DNA from: Tricharina praecox
Taxonomy: Eukaryota
Length of the DNA stretch: 44,480 nt
NCBI RefSeq assembly: GCF_024521635.1
Contig: NW_026250444.1
Location: 124,001 to 168,480, forward strand
Reading direction: 5' to 3'
Shown: positions 24,717-34,569 of the stretch, in pieces
Numbering within the stretch: position 1 is the stretch's first letter
Layout: the number at the start of each line of letters is the position of its first letter
Notes under the pieces: generated by a model
Databases searched by the model: none
Told to the model about the DNA's origin: nothing
Seen by the model: the letters and a program-made list of their open reading frames with translations, nothing else
Made by a program: the position numbers and the translations under genes

Positions 24717-25234
24717 CAGTGTTCTACTGTCTACATAGTCCGGTCCAGTCCGTGCGGGCCCATTGACGGGACTGGACTACATACATCCACTCCGTCCGGA
24801 GGTGTCCGTTGGACAGACTAGGTTACAGGTAGTCCACCTGTGAGGTTTGACGGGATGGACTGCAGTTGACTGCGAAGACTGTAAAGACTGGTACAAAGCA
24901 AGATGAATTAAAAGAGAGAAAGTTCCGCGCCGTGTTATCGGCGGTTGTAGTGACTGAGGGAAGTATGTGTGTAGTAGGTAGGTGCACTGGATGAAGGTGA
25001 CGCGACGGCGTTGCTGGTACTGGACGAAATTCAACACAAGATAGTGGGAATTACTTTTGCACTGGGTAGTGGAAGTGCGGAAAAGAGGGGCATTTTCTTT
25101 CACTACCGGACTGTAGTCCAAGCCCATCTGGTAAAATGGCGGACCGGACGGACTACGTTTATCCCGTCCTCCAAAAGGAAAGGACGGGACTGGACTGATC
25201 CCGTCCAGTCCGGACCGGATAATGGAGAACACTG
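24717..25234. mobile_element. Degenerate hAT-like MITE related to 13241-13770
   Basis: Termini CAGTGTTCT...AGAACACTG with TCCGGTCC/GGACCGGA just inside; subterminal GGACTG/GGACGG motifs; similar length (518 bp). No intact TSD. Confidence 0.65.
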
Positions 25235-25331
25235 CAGTAGTGGTTCTGGATGATCATATGATAAAAGTACTGCATAAGATTAATTACGTCGTGGAACGGA
25301 CACGAGGAAGAATTTACGAAAGGCGCTGGTA

Positions 25332-26264
25332 TTATAGCGGAACACACGTAGTCTCGTAGATATCACACACACGTATATTCTCTGCGCATCCTCGCACCCT
25401 GGCAGCTGCCATCCAACTCGCGACTCCATCATCACTACCACCAGGAGTAAACAGCCCGTCGCCCGCTGCTACCTGCGACTGTGGCACCTTCTCCATCCAC
25501 CTCCTGACCGTCTCCGCAGGATCATCGCCATTCATAGATTTCTCGCCATCACTGAACTCCGCCGCTCCAACCGTTGAAAGCAGGAGACACGTCGACCCCG
25601 CGGTTATGCAGTCCTGCACTCGCGTCATGGATGTCAAGCGCCGCTCCCGGCCGGCGGTGATGTCGATTAGCACTCAGTCTGTGGGCTTGGGGAACGAGTC
25701 CGAGATCGAGAGGGCAGTGTTGACGGTAAGCTCCTTCAGCAGCTCTGTGAGTTCGCGTGTGAGACCCTGTGCAGTGGCGCTCGGTCAGTAGCGCTACGCG
25801 ACATTGGGGTTGGGGGCGGAGTTCATGCGCACGTTCCGTAGCTTGACCTCGGTCGGAATCTTGAAGGGCGGGATGTATGCCGTGAAGGTACCTGTGATTG
25901 CGCGGGACTCAGCACGGATATAGGTATCCCCCCCCACGGGCCCCCGGTTGTGCGAGCGAGGAGAGTGCATTCACCGGCCTGGCCCAATGCGAAGCTGATG
26001 TTATGTGCTGCCTGTCTGAAGAACGTGAGGTTCTTGTCGCGGGGTGTTGACTGGCCGTTCCACATTACGGCTGTGATGGTGAAGCGCTTGAGTGTAGAGA
26101 CGTGCGGGGTATGTCACGTTGTACACAGTATGTTGCGGTTATGGATTGCAGGCAACAGCGGCGTCAAGGCGTCTTGATACGGCAGACCGGCGACAGTTCG
26201 AATCCTTGTTCAACCACCACATTGCTACGAACTCCCAAACTTCGGACAATTCGCTCACAGCCAT
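25332..26264 (-). pseudogene. Spliced pseudogene of unknown family
   Basis: Gene-like codon usage. Two frame-preserving introns (25974-25892 GTGAAT..CAG; 25832-25767 GTGCGC..CTGAC..CAG) give ..TLKRFTITAVMWNGQ..FALGQAGTFTAYIPPFKIPTEVKLRNGLTRELTELLKEL.. In-frame TGA at 26116-26114 and 25676-25674. The 5' end is uncertain. Confidence 0.45.
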
Positions 26265-26311
26265 GTTATTAATTACATTACGTCGCTATTACTACCGGTA
26301 TGTAACCCCAA

Positions 26312-27512
26312 CTACGCCAACTGATCGTACAGATAGCACAAAAGCGCCTCGTCCTCATCGTCCTCAGGCATACTACCGCTCGTGTCCATGACCCTCGCCA
26401 CTCTAACGTTCAACCTGTCTCCCCCCAACTCGCCCAGATCGAGCACATAGTCCAGCGTCACATTACCAGCTGGCGGCGTGTACGGCCACGTGCCCAAGAA
26501 CGGGGCCCTGGGAGCGATCGGCCCCATCATCTGCCACTGCCTGTCTTCAGGGTTCGCCGCCTGCCAGGTAGCCCAGATGCGATCCAGATTCGCGTGGTGC
26601 AGGTAGAAGAGCGGATCGCTGGGGGAGCTCCAAGCGTTCTGCATATCGCCGCCGACGGCACGATGGCCGCCGGCATGGACTCCCCAGATCTCGGCGTACT
26701 TTACGGGATCTAGCTGCAGCCGGCCCTCCAGCGAGAGCGTGAACTCGCCAAAATCGGTCTCGGAGAGGACAGTGTCCTCTTGCTTCTGCGTCAGCCACGC
26801 GCTAGCGTAGTGCTGCGAAATATTCCGCGTGATGTTGCGCAAAGCGGGCGATGTGTCATTGCCGATGCCGACGTGGATTAGCTCTCCCGCGAACCATCCG
26901 TCGGTGATGGCCCCGCCGGCGGTGGTGTTGTACGGCGGTAGTGCGTCGGGGCTCGGCAAGCCGTTGCCGCCGAAGGAAACGCGGCCGTTGAGGACCGGCG
27001 AGGCGAGGAAGTCTGCGACGTCCTGTTTCATGTCCCAATAACTGCATGCGCTGTCAGACACCGTCAGGGTGCGGGGAAGAGTCGGGGTACGTACGGAATC
27101 GCACCGCGATAGCCACATTCGCTGCGGAGCACCCTCTCCATCTCGTACAGCAACAGCCTATGCCACGGCAGGAAGACGGCATTGAAGTGGACCATCGCCG
27201 TCTTTTCCTGATGCTCGGTCAGGAAGTCCTCGAAACGGCTGACGATGCCGGTCTTCTTGCCCGGAGTGTGCATCAGACACTTGACGGCGTCGAGATAGTT
27301 GATCTTCTGCTTCTGGCTCAGAGTACGCCTGCTAGAGGTTAGCTGCTGGGGAGCCGGCGGGATGGCAACCGGTGAACGTACCAGTCCTTCCGGATCATTG
27401 GCTTCGTGCATCCCTTCGTCGTCGTGGACTGACCATAATCCGCTGCGGGAAGTGCGGCGGAAAGCGTCGCAACGCCGAGAACGAGGGAGGAAAGAACGCT
27501 GATCAACTTCAT
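26312..27512 (-). CDS. Secreted tyrosinase-like di-copper-centre protein; exons 27512-27382, 27328-27095, 27041-26312; 364 aa
   Basis: Signal peptide MKLISVLSSLVLGVATLSAA; CTKPMIRKDWRTLS..YLDAVKCL; CuA H..VHFNAVFLPWHR; IPYWD; CuB VHAGGH..SPSDPLFYLHHANLDRIW; terminal LCYLY. Two 53-bp GTACGT..CAG introns keep the frame. Confidence 0.92.
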
Positions 27513-30002
27513 CGCTTCGAATTGGCCTTAGCTGTGCTGTCGTGTGGCTGGTGATCGAGACCATACAGTGCGGATAGCCACTAGTATTTATGTCATCGGC
27601 GACCCTTCTCCATCTCCTATCCATCCGCCGACGCGTGAGGTACCTCGATAGTTCAAGCAACGGGAAAGCCGGCTAGGGACGCAATTGCTACTGCATCCTA
27701 GATCGAGCAGCAGTCTGTATATTGTGAGCTATTAATACCACGGAATTCATGCAGAATCTGTGGCCGAGTTTCATGCCGGGGCAGCTGCCTGCCATATCGA
27801 ACTGCCAACCAACGTCTTAACAGCCGCTGCTATACGCCGGCCGGGCAAGTATACTACCGCTAGCCGTAGACAACATTTAATAGATAGGTACTGTTGTGAC
27901 CGGGGCCCGCATCGATTGAGTTCTGGGCGCGCAGATATTCAGGCCGCCTGGCAGTCACCCTGCAGAGAGTACCTACCGCGCAGGGATGAGTTCGTCACGG
28001 AGCAAGCTCTGCCACTAAGGTATATACTATGTATCTAGGTCCGTTGATTGCAAGGCGTGTCGTGTCACATCTTCCAGTGCCCACGGGGAACAAAGATGCC
28101 TGCAATTGCTTATTCCAATTGGGTTGAATGGGTATTTACCCACAGCCAGTGGCATTTCCGCTGAAGCGAGCCGACGCACATACGTAGACTGTCTCATGGA
28201 TCGGTCGACTCTGGGGAAAATCAGAATCCCGGTTGTGCAGCTAGGTCGGTAGTAAGCAGTATATACCGATATAGTACATCGGATGGGCTAGGCGCCGATG
28301 CGCAACATCGCAGGTATGCATGTATCAACCTCGCAAGTGCCGAGTTCAGTGATCGGGGCCGGGGAATCGGCGGCCCAGACCGCTCGTATTCCCACGTGCA
28401 AGTACATATGTACGCGCACGATTGACCAGTTAGCGAGACGGCCAGGCGTCGTTATGCGTCACGGGGGGTTCGCCGGGTTGCCAGCAGATACTCGGCCTAC
28501 GACACCACGTGTGTCCGGAGATATAGCGGGTGTTCCTGGACGCGATCCGCCAACCCCATCCCGACCGGTGGTAGTATTGAGTTCTGCTGACGCAAGGCAA
28601 TGGTCGAACTCGCCTGCAACATCGCCAACGGTGGCCCCGGATGTACGGGCCTTCATGCGGTGAGATGGACCGTGCGGTATCGTTGTTGTCTTCAGGTTCG
28701 GCACACCGGTACTCGCCACGCCTGGCAGCGTTGCAACATGCAACTGCCTCTGTGGGCAAGGCGCTGTGTGGGCGAGGAAACGGCTGGCAAAGGGGGCAAG
28801 AGAAGTTGATGCTGAGGATGACTCAATTTTAGGCGCATTGCTCTTAGATTTGACGAGTAGGATGCGTGCATACGGTTAAATATGATGCCTGAAATTAAAC
28901 AACCGACCACAGTTGTACGTAAAGGATTCGACATAAGTATTGCTACATGGAGTGACCACATATGTCATGGCCGACCCTTGGAGGTGAGGCGACGAAAGGC
29001 CTTTCTGGAAGGGTACATGTCGGAGTAGAGATGGCCATTTAAGATGGCGAAGAGAGGATGCCGGATCAAAGAGACTGTCCATAAATGGATAGATGAATAC
29101 TCCGTTTCAGAGCACAATCGCGTTCACCGGTTAAGTCCTCCTTCGGCGAGATTCCAACCTGGGGCGTGGGGTAGAAGCGGCGTATTTACTCCAACGGTAG
29201 CTCCGCGGTAACTGTGTACTCTTGACGCATTAGATGTCGTAAAAAGACGTCTCCGCACTGACAGGAAATGGAGCAGGAACAGCGGACTCAGCGGCATTCT
29301 GGGCGACGTTGGTGGCCGCGTGCACGGGGTTGCGCCACAGGGGTATTAGGACTGGTGAGCAGTGTGGTTGATTTGGGTCTGCCACCGCGATAGGGCTGTA
29401 AACAAGAAGTATCGTAGAGTGACCGAGGGAGAGGAGACGCACCAGGAAATTCCCTAAGCAAATAAAGAGGTGGTATACCTGTGGAATTGGCCTGAAGAAA
29501 CTAACTGATTAGCGTTACCCATAAAATGCCTAGCTTGAGTGGCTTTTATCTATAATTATCTCCACAGCGTTTCACGTGATTTTTTCACTCATCGACAGTC
29601 CGTCGCGGGCGTCGAGACCACAACCTTCCACTGCAGAACCTTGTTCGTGCCGACATCTCAGGGCGGCCAAAGTTTGACAAAGCGGCGTAAAAAAGCTCTA
29701 TTAAATCCTTAAAGATTCAGTACAATCTCTTCTCGTGCATCCTCTCCAATAATTGGCCCATTATTTTCCTACTAAATGCCACTTTCTCCCTCCAGCGATT
29801 CCTCGAAACAATCAATAGTTTTTCTCTTCTGTTCTCAGCAGCTCCTATTCTTCTCTTCCTCCTCATGCAGCCGGGCAACTGGCCCACCAGGTTGCTGGCA
29901 GTTTTCTTCCCTCATTATCTATTGCCAGATATCTTTCCAGCTTTGCATTTAATTCCTTTATCCAAATATCCAACTCTCAAGCTTTTTCTTTTACTCTTTC
30001 TA

Positions 30003-30720
30003 TGTGAGATTGGAACAATTTCGGGACGTCGGAGTCTTGATAAATATTGAGTGTAGAATAAAAGTCAGGGATTTCAATAATTCACAGCGGATTAATCTTA
30101 AGGGGTATCGCCGGTAGTGTTCGGTGTTTCTGGTTGTGCTGGTGTTTGGAATTTCCGTGGCAATAGTTAAGTGACTATATAGTCTACCCATACACCAGGC
30201 ACGTGATCGGAAAACTCTGTCTTGGGGAACTCCGTTGCAAACGCTTCTTTGAGTCATGCTCTGGCGTAAGCGCTACGGAGAGTCACCCATTGAGTCTAAG
30301 CCGTAGAGCCGCCGTAAGCTGTTGCAGGGATAGCCGTTCCGACTACAAAAGAAGTGCTTACCTCTTCCAAACCGAGCGCAGCTGAGAGTAAGTAGTACAT
30401 ATCTTCATGTTGGCACTGAGAACCGGCCCAGTTCTACAGGCTCCCATTTGTCGATACATTGGTAATCGCGCGTCATAACAGGTTCCATGATCAGCGTTCC
30501 TTTCTACGAGGTTCCATGATGCACTGCCTCAGATCGTCTCGGCCGTATCGGACTTGACTGTGCATCACCCGTATCGACGATCGCTGTCTGGACTGTGGAT
30601 CCGGTTTACTCACTCCTGCCTAACCTATCTCTATGCTATTACTATCCACTCCTATATCGCGATCACTTCGGAACATTCCGCTCTTCCTCTGACTGCCTGA
30701 GAGTCTATCGGGGTGTCACA
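30003..30720 (-). mobile_element. Solo LTR (718 bp) of a diverged relative of family B
   Basis: Plus strand starts TGTGAGA and ends CTATCGGGGTGTCACA like the B LTRs; shares AGAATAAAAGTCAGGGATTTC and TAATCTTAAGGG. Flanks TTCTA/TTCAT are an imperfect TSD. Confidence 0.75.
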
Positions 30721-30890
30721 TTCATGGCTGCCAAGGTCATGAGTTCAATTCCCACTGCGAGCAGTTACCTTCCTCTGCTGCAGTGTTGCCCAGAAATTGC
30801 ATTGCTTACAGTGAGTGATGGTTTAAGATTCTTATCATGAAATCTCACTCATGGGGGGTTAACTACTTGAAGGCTTCCTGGAGTAAGCCC

Positions 30891-31048
30891 CTAAAGAGGG
30901 GATACTGTCACAGTTCAGACATGCTGGCCTTAAGTAGCTACTGGGATGATGGCAATCAGCCATCAAAATACCTTTTGGGCGAGTGGTAGAGTACTTTCCC
31001 AGGCTACTTTATTACAGCGGGGGGGTTCAGAACAGTTCACCACGTAGG
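30891..31048 (+). mobile_element. PPT plus start of the 3' LTR of an older Gypsy element, interrupted at 31048
   Basis: CTAAAGAGGGGGATAC-TGTCACA (LTR start at 30906) has the same layout as the PPT/LTR junction of the A3 copy (CCTTAGGAGGGACTAC-TGTCAC). Confidence 0.5.
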
Positions 31049-31608
31049 TGTCACGGCTCGCGATGGAATGACGAAGGGAGGGTCGGCACAAGGATCGGGA
31101 GAGTTGGGGGGCAGTGCAGAGGCAGTGCACCGGCAGTGCAAGGATGAGTCACAGAGGATTTGGGGCTGTGTGCAGGGAGCAGGGATAGCGCAGCAATGAG
31201 TCGCAGGAGATTGGGGCTGTGTGCAGGAAGCAGGGGTAGTGCGGCTGCGCAGGGTATGAGTCACGGAAGTGGGGTACTGGCAAGGTGGATTTCTCAGGGT
31301 CTGGCACACGCCCACGGTCATTGTCAGGTTGCGGGAAGAAGTGGAGGATTTTCTATATAAACGGGCCGTTGCCCCTCTGTATTTAGTTCTTCACGCAACA
31401 ACTTGTTAATTCAATCACTGTTACCTCTGTCCTTGCCTCGGCTGCCGTCCGCGCCATAGTCCTTGTATCAGTCCCTGTTTCTCAGTTGCCGTCCGCACTG
31501 AGTCCTGCCTCACCTTGTCCCCTGAACCCGTCTTGCCTCTACCGAACCCAGAACCCGATCCTCAGCCTGGCTTCGCTACCTGGAGCCTTGCCCGACCGTG
31601 CCGTTACA
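31049..31608 (+). mobile_element. 5' LTR of Gypsy family-A element A1 (560 bp)
   Basis: TGTCACGGC...GCCGTTACA termini; TATATAAA at 31354; near-identical to 33634-34192 and to the reverse complement of 41342-41900; gag starts 40 nt downstream. Confidence 0.95.
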
Positions 31609-31647
31609 CTTTGTTGCGTCCCCTATCTCTCCACCTAGCGAACTACC

Positions 31648-32844
31648 ATGGCCACCAACACTCAGGTACCCGACGTCCCCCAGCAGGACGAAGTACCAGT
31701 GGCACCCCCCTTCTACCGAGAAATTCCTGCCGCTATCTACAAACAACTCGAGATCATCGTCAATCATGATGTACGCGCCGATGACGCAACCCTGATGGGG
31801 TTGTACAATGAATTCAGAATCCTCGCCCGCGCAATCACCCAGTCCCCAATAGCCGTACCGACCTGGCGATTCGACGACCTCGAAGAACAACTTGCTGACG
31901 CCCGCCGCATCGCCAACCGCCCCGCATCCGTCGAAACCCAACCTCAAAGCCGCGCTGAGCGTGTCCCAGAGCCAGCCATGTTCGACGGAACACGCGAGAA
32001 ACTGGAAGGGTTCGTTGCGCAACTTCGACTCAAGCTGTACAGCGACCCAGCCTGTTTCCCAACTCCAGCACTCCGAATGGCCTATGCCTTCAACCGCTTG
32101 GAAGGCCGCGCCCAAGCCCAGATCCTGCCATACATCGAGAATCACAACATCACCCTCATCGACGCTGATGCGATCATCACACTCCTGAACAACGCATTTG
32201 GTGACCCTGACCCAGCGGCCACCGCTCGAGCCAAGCTACACCACCTGAAACAAGGCAATAAGGAGTTCACCTCCTACTTTGCGGAATTCCAGATGCTTGT
32301 CTCCAAGCTCAATTGGGACGAGCATGCGAAACTTGACGCGCTGCGAGAAGGAGTATCCATCGAACTCCACCGGCAACTTGTGGGCCGTACTCAGGGCCTC
32401 AACTACGATGAGTTTGTGGCCCTCTGTCAACGCCTTGACTCCGAGCTGCGTGCCCTCCAACTTCGTGAGGGACGCCGCACCACCAACCCCCCTCGGCAGA
32501 GTAGCGCCCCACACCCAACGGAGCCGCTCAGGCACACCACCCACAACACCATGCCCGCGACGACCACTGCCACAGGAACGGCCCCCGGAGCCATGGACTT
32601 GAGTGCCAATAGCCGCAGGATCCCAGACCAAGAGCTTGCTGCCCGGCTCCGCGAAGGCCGCTGCCTGTACTGTGGGGGAAGTGGCCACATGGCCAGGCAC
32701 TGCCCCAACAAGAACCGAAATTCGTTCCGAGCAGCTGTTGCCCGGCTGGAGTCAGCCCAGCCCTCCAACACCACCCTGACTCACACCCATCACAACTGCA
32801 ACCAGGATTGCGGCGAGACCTTCCAGCAGTCGGGAAAAGCTTAG
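31648..32844 (+). CDS. gag: Gag of Ty3/Gypsy element A1 (398 aa)
   Basis: Capsid-like PEPAMFDGTREKLEGF, LKQGNKEFTSYFAEF, GAMDLS; zinc knuckle CLYCGGSGHMARHC. Confidence 0.92.
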   Translation: MATNTQVPDVPQQDEVPVAPPFYREIPAAIYKQLEIIVNHDVRADDATLMGLYNEFRILARAITQSPIAVPTWRFDDLEEQLADARRIANRPASVETQPQSRAERVPEPAMFDGTREKLEGFVAQLRLKLYSDPACFPTPALRMAYAFNRLEGRAQAQILPYIENHNITLIDADAIITLLNNAFGDPDPAATARAKLHHLKQGNKEFTSYFAEFQMLVSKLNWDEHAKLDALREGVSIELHRQLVGRTQGLNYDEFVALCQRLDSELRALQLREGRRTTNPPRQSSAPHPTEPLRHTTHNTMPATTTATGTAPGAMDLSANSRRIPDQELAARLREGRCLYCGGSGHMARHCPNKNRNSFRAAVARLESAQPSNTTLTHTHHNCNQDCGETFQQSGKA

Positions 32845-33173
32845 ACCAAGAACCGCTTGATGGCACTGTTGTTGGTCGTACCCAGGATAAGTCTTTGTCT
32901 CCTATGTCCCCTGTTTTTCGTTTGTCTAGTCTCTCAGTGTCAGGAATGGTTGTGGAACAATTATCAATGGAAGGAAAACATCTTGTTGTATTGTGTAACC
33001 TTTCGTTTGGTGACAAAACTATTGCCACGCATGCGCTGATCGACTGTGGGGCAACCGGAATTGCATTTGTAGACAAAGACTTCGCCCGCCATCACCACCT
33101 ACCCCTCGTACCCCTGAAATACCCGCGAAGTCTCGAAGTCATCGATGGCCGTCCCATCGAGTCAGGCGACATC
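32832..33173 (+). pseudogene. pol: Pol of A1, 5' part (aspartic protease), interrupted by element B
   Basis: In the -1 frame relative to gag; ALIDCGATGIAFVD..LEVIDGRPIESGDI; stops at the TSD ACATC. Confidence 0.9.
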
Positions 33174-34427
33174 TGTGAGACTGGGACGGGTTGGTGCCGT
33201 CGGAGTCTATGGTGATATCGAGGAAAGAATAAAAGTCAGGGATTTCGACAATTCACAACGGAATAATCTTAAGGGTGTTTGTTCGATGGTTTGTTCGGTG
33301 CGATGATTGTAGTTTGTTCGGTTTGCCCGCTCGGTTCGACTTATAGTCGCCCCGATCCTCAGCACGTGATTCCTCTAGAGTGCGGCCTAACGTAGCTCCG
33401 TTGCTTCCTTTGCATCGGAGTTCCGCGGCCTAGCCTTGAGTCGTCGTCAGCTCTCTTCGGATAGTCTTCTCGACTAGGCAGGTGGTAAACGCCACGCGCC
33501 CAAGATAGATCGGAGTTTCCGAGCAATTATCTCCCTCATGCGCCGGCAGAGTTCTTCGCTCGAAGTTGTCTGCCCCCATCGGTCGATGTTCGATTCTCTC
33601 GTCATAACAGTTTTTTCCTGGATCGGAGTTCCTTGTCACGGCTCACGACGGAATGACGAAGGGAGGGTCGGCACAAGGATCGGGAGAATTGGGGGGCAGT
33701 GCAGAGGCAGTGCACCGGCAGTGCAAGGATGAGTCGCAGAGGATTTGGGGCTGTGTGCAGGGAGCAGGGATAGCGCAGTAATGAGTCGCAGGATATTGGG
33801 GCTGTGTGCAGGAAGCAGGGGTAGTGCGGCTGCGCAGGGTGTGAGTCACGGAAGTGGGGTACTGGCAAGGTGGATTTCTCAGGGTCTGGCACACGCCCAC
33901 GGTCATTGTCAGGTTGCGGGAAGAAGTGGAGGATTTTCTATATAAACGGGCCGTTGCCCCTCTGTATTTAGTTCTTCACGCAACAACTTGTTAATTCAAT
34001 CACTGTTACCTCTGCCCTTGCCTCGGCTGCCGTCTGCGCCGTAGTCCTTGTCCCTGCCTCTGTTCTCAGTTGCCGTCTGCACTGAGCCCTGCCTCACCTT
34101 GTCTCCTGTACCCGTCTTGCCCCTACCAAACCCAGAACCCGATCCCCAGCCCGACTTCGCTACCTGGAGCCTTGCCCGACCGTGCCGTTACATTCCTACT
34201 GCGGGGCCCTATGATCGGAGATCTCAAAGTCCTCTGGACTGTTATCCCGATCTCCCGCATCTCCGATCACTGTCTAGACTCTGGAATCCGTTTGCTCCCT
34301 CTTTCCTATCTTGTCCTTGATCGCTTCTAACTATCCTTTCGGCTCGCAACTCTATTCTAATCACCCGAACTATCTAATTACATCTCTTGCGACCGTCGTG
34401 ACCTCCGATACCTATCGGGGTGTCACA
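33174..34427 (-). mobile_element. 3' LTR of element B, split by a solo A LTR
   Basis: Removing 33634-34192 and one TTCCT leaves 690 bp that match 40418-41107 with about 10 substitutions (manual count). Confidence 0.95.
33634..34192 (+). mobile_element. Solo LTR of family A (A2, 559 bp)
   Basis: TG..CA termini; perfect TSD TTCCT at 33629-33633 and 34193-34197; the empty site GAGTTCCTACT is present in the other B LTR. Confidence 0.97.
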
Positions 34428-34569
34428 CCATCTCCCCTCCCACGAGGCTTCGGCCCGAAGCACCCAAGTCCTCGCCTTTATCCTAACTTGATAACTGTGG
34501 ATGAAGTCCTCCAACCCCTTCATCCTACTACCTGCCCGAGTTTGAGAAAAACCACATGGGAAAAAACTC

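Noticed and set aside
29230..29442. 70-aa minus-strand ORF with a hydrophobic start
   Set aside because: Non-ATG start and no supporting motif.
29865..30890. Faint resemblance to the integrase tail/chromodomain of the old Gypsy element on both sides of the solo LTR
   Set aside because: Too degenerate to support by eye; only the PPT/LTR junction was kept.
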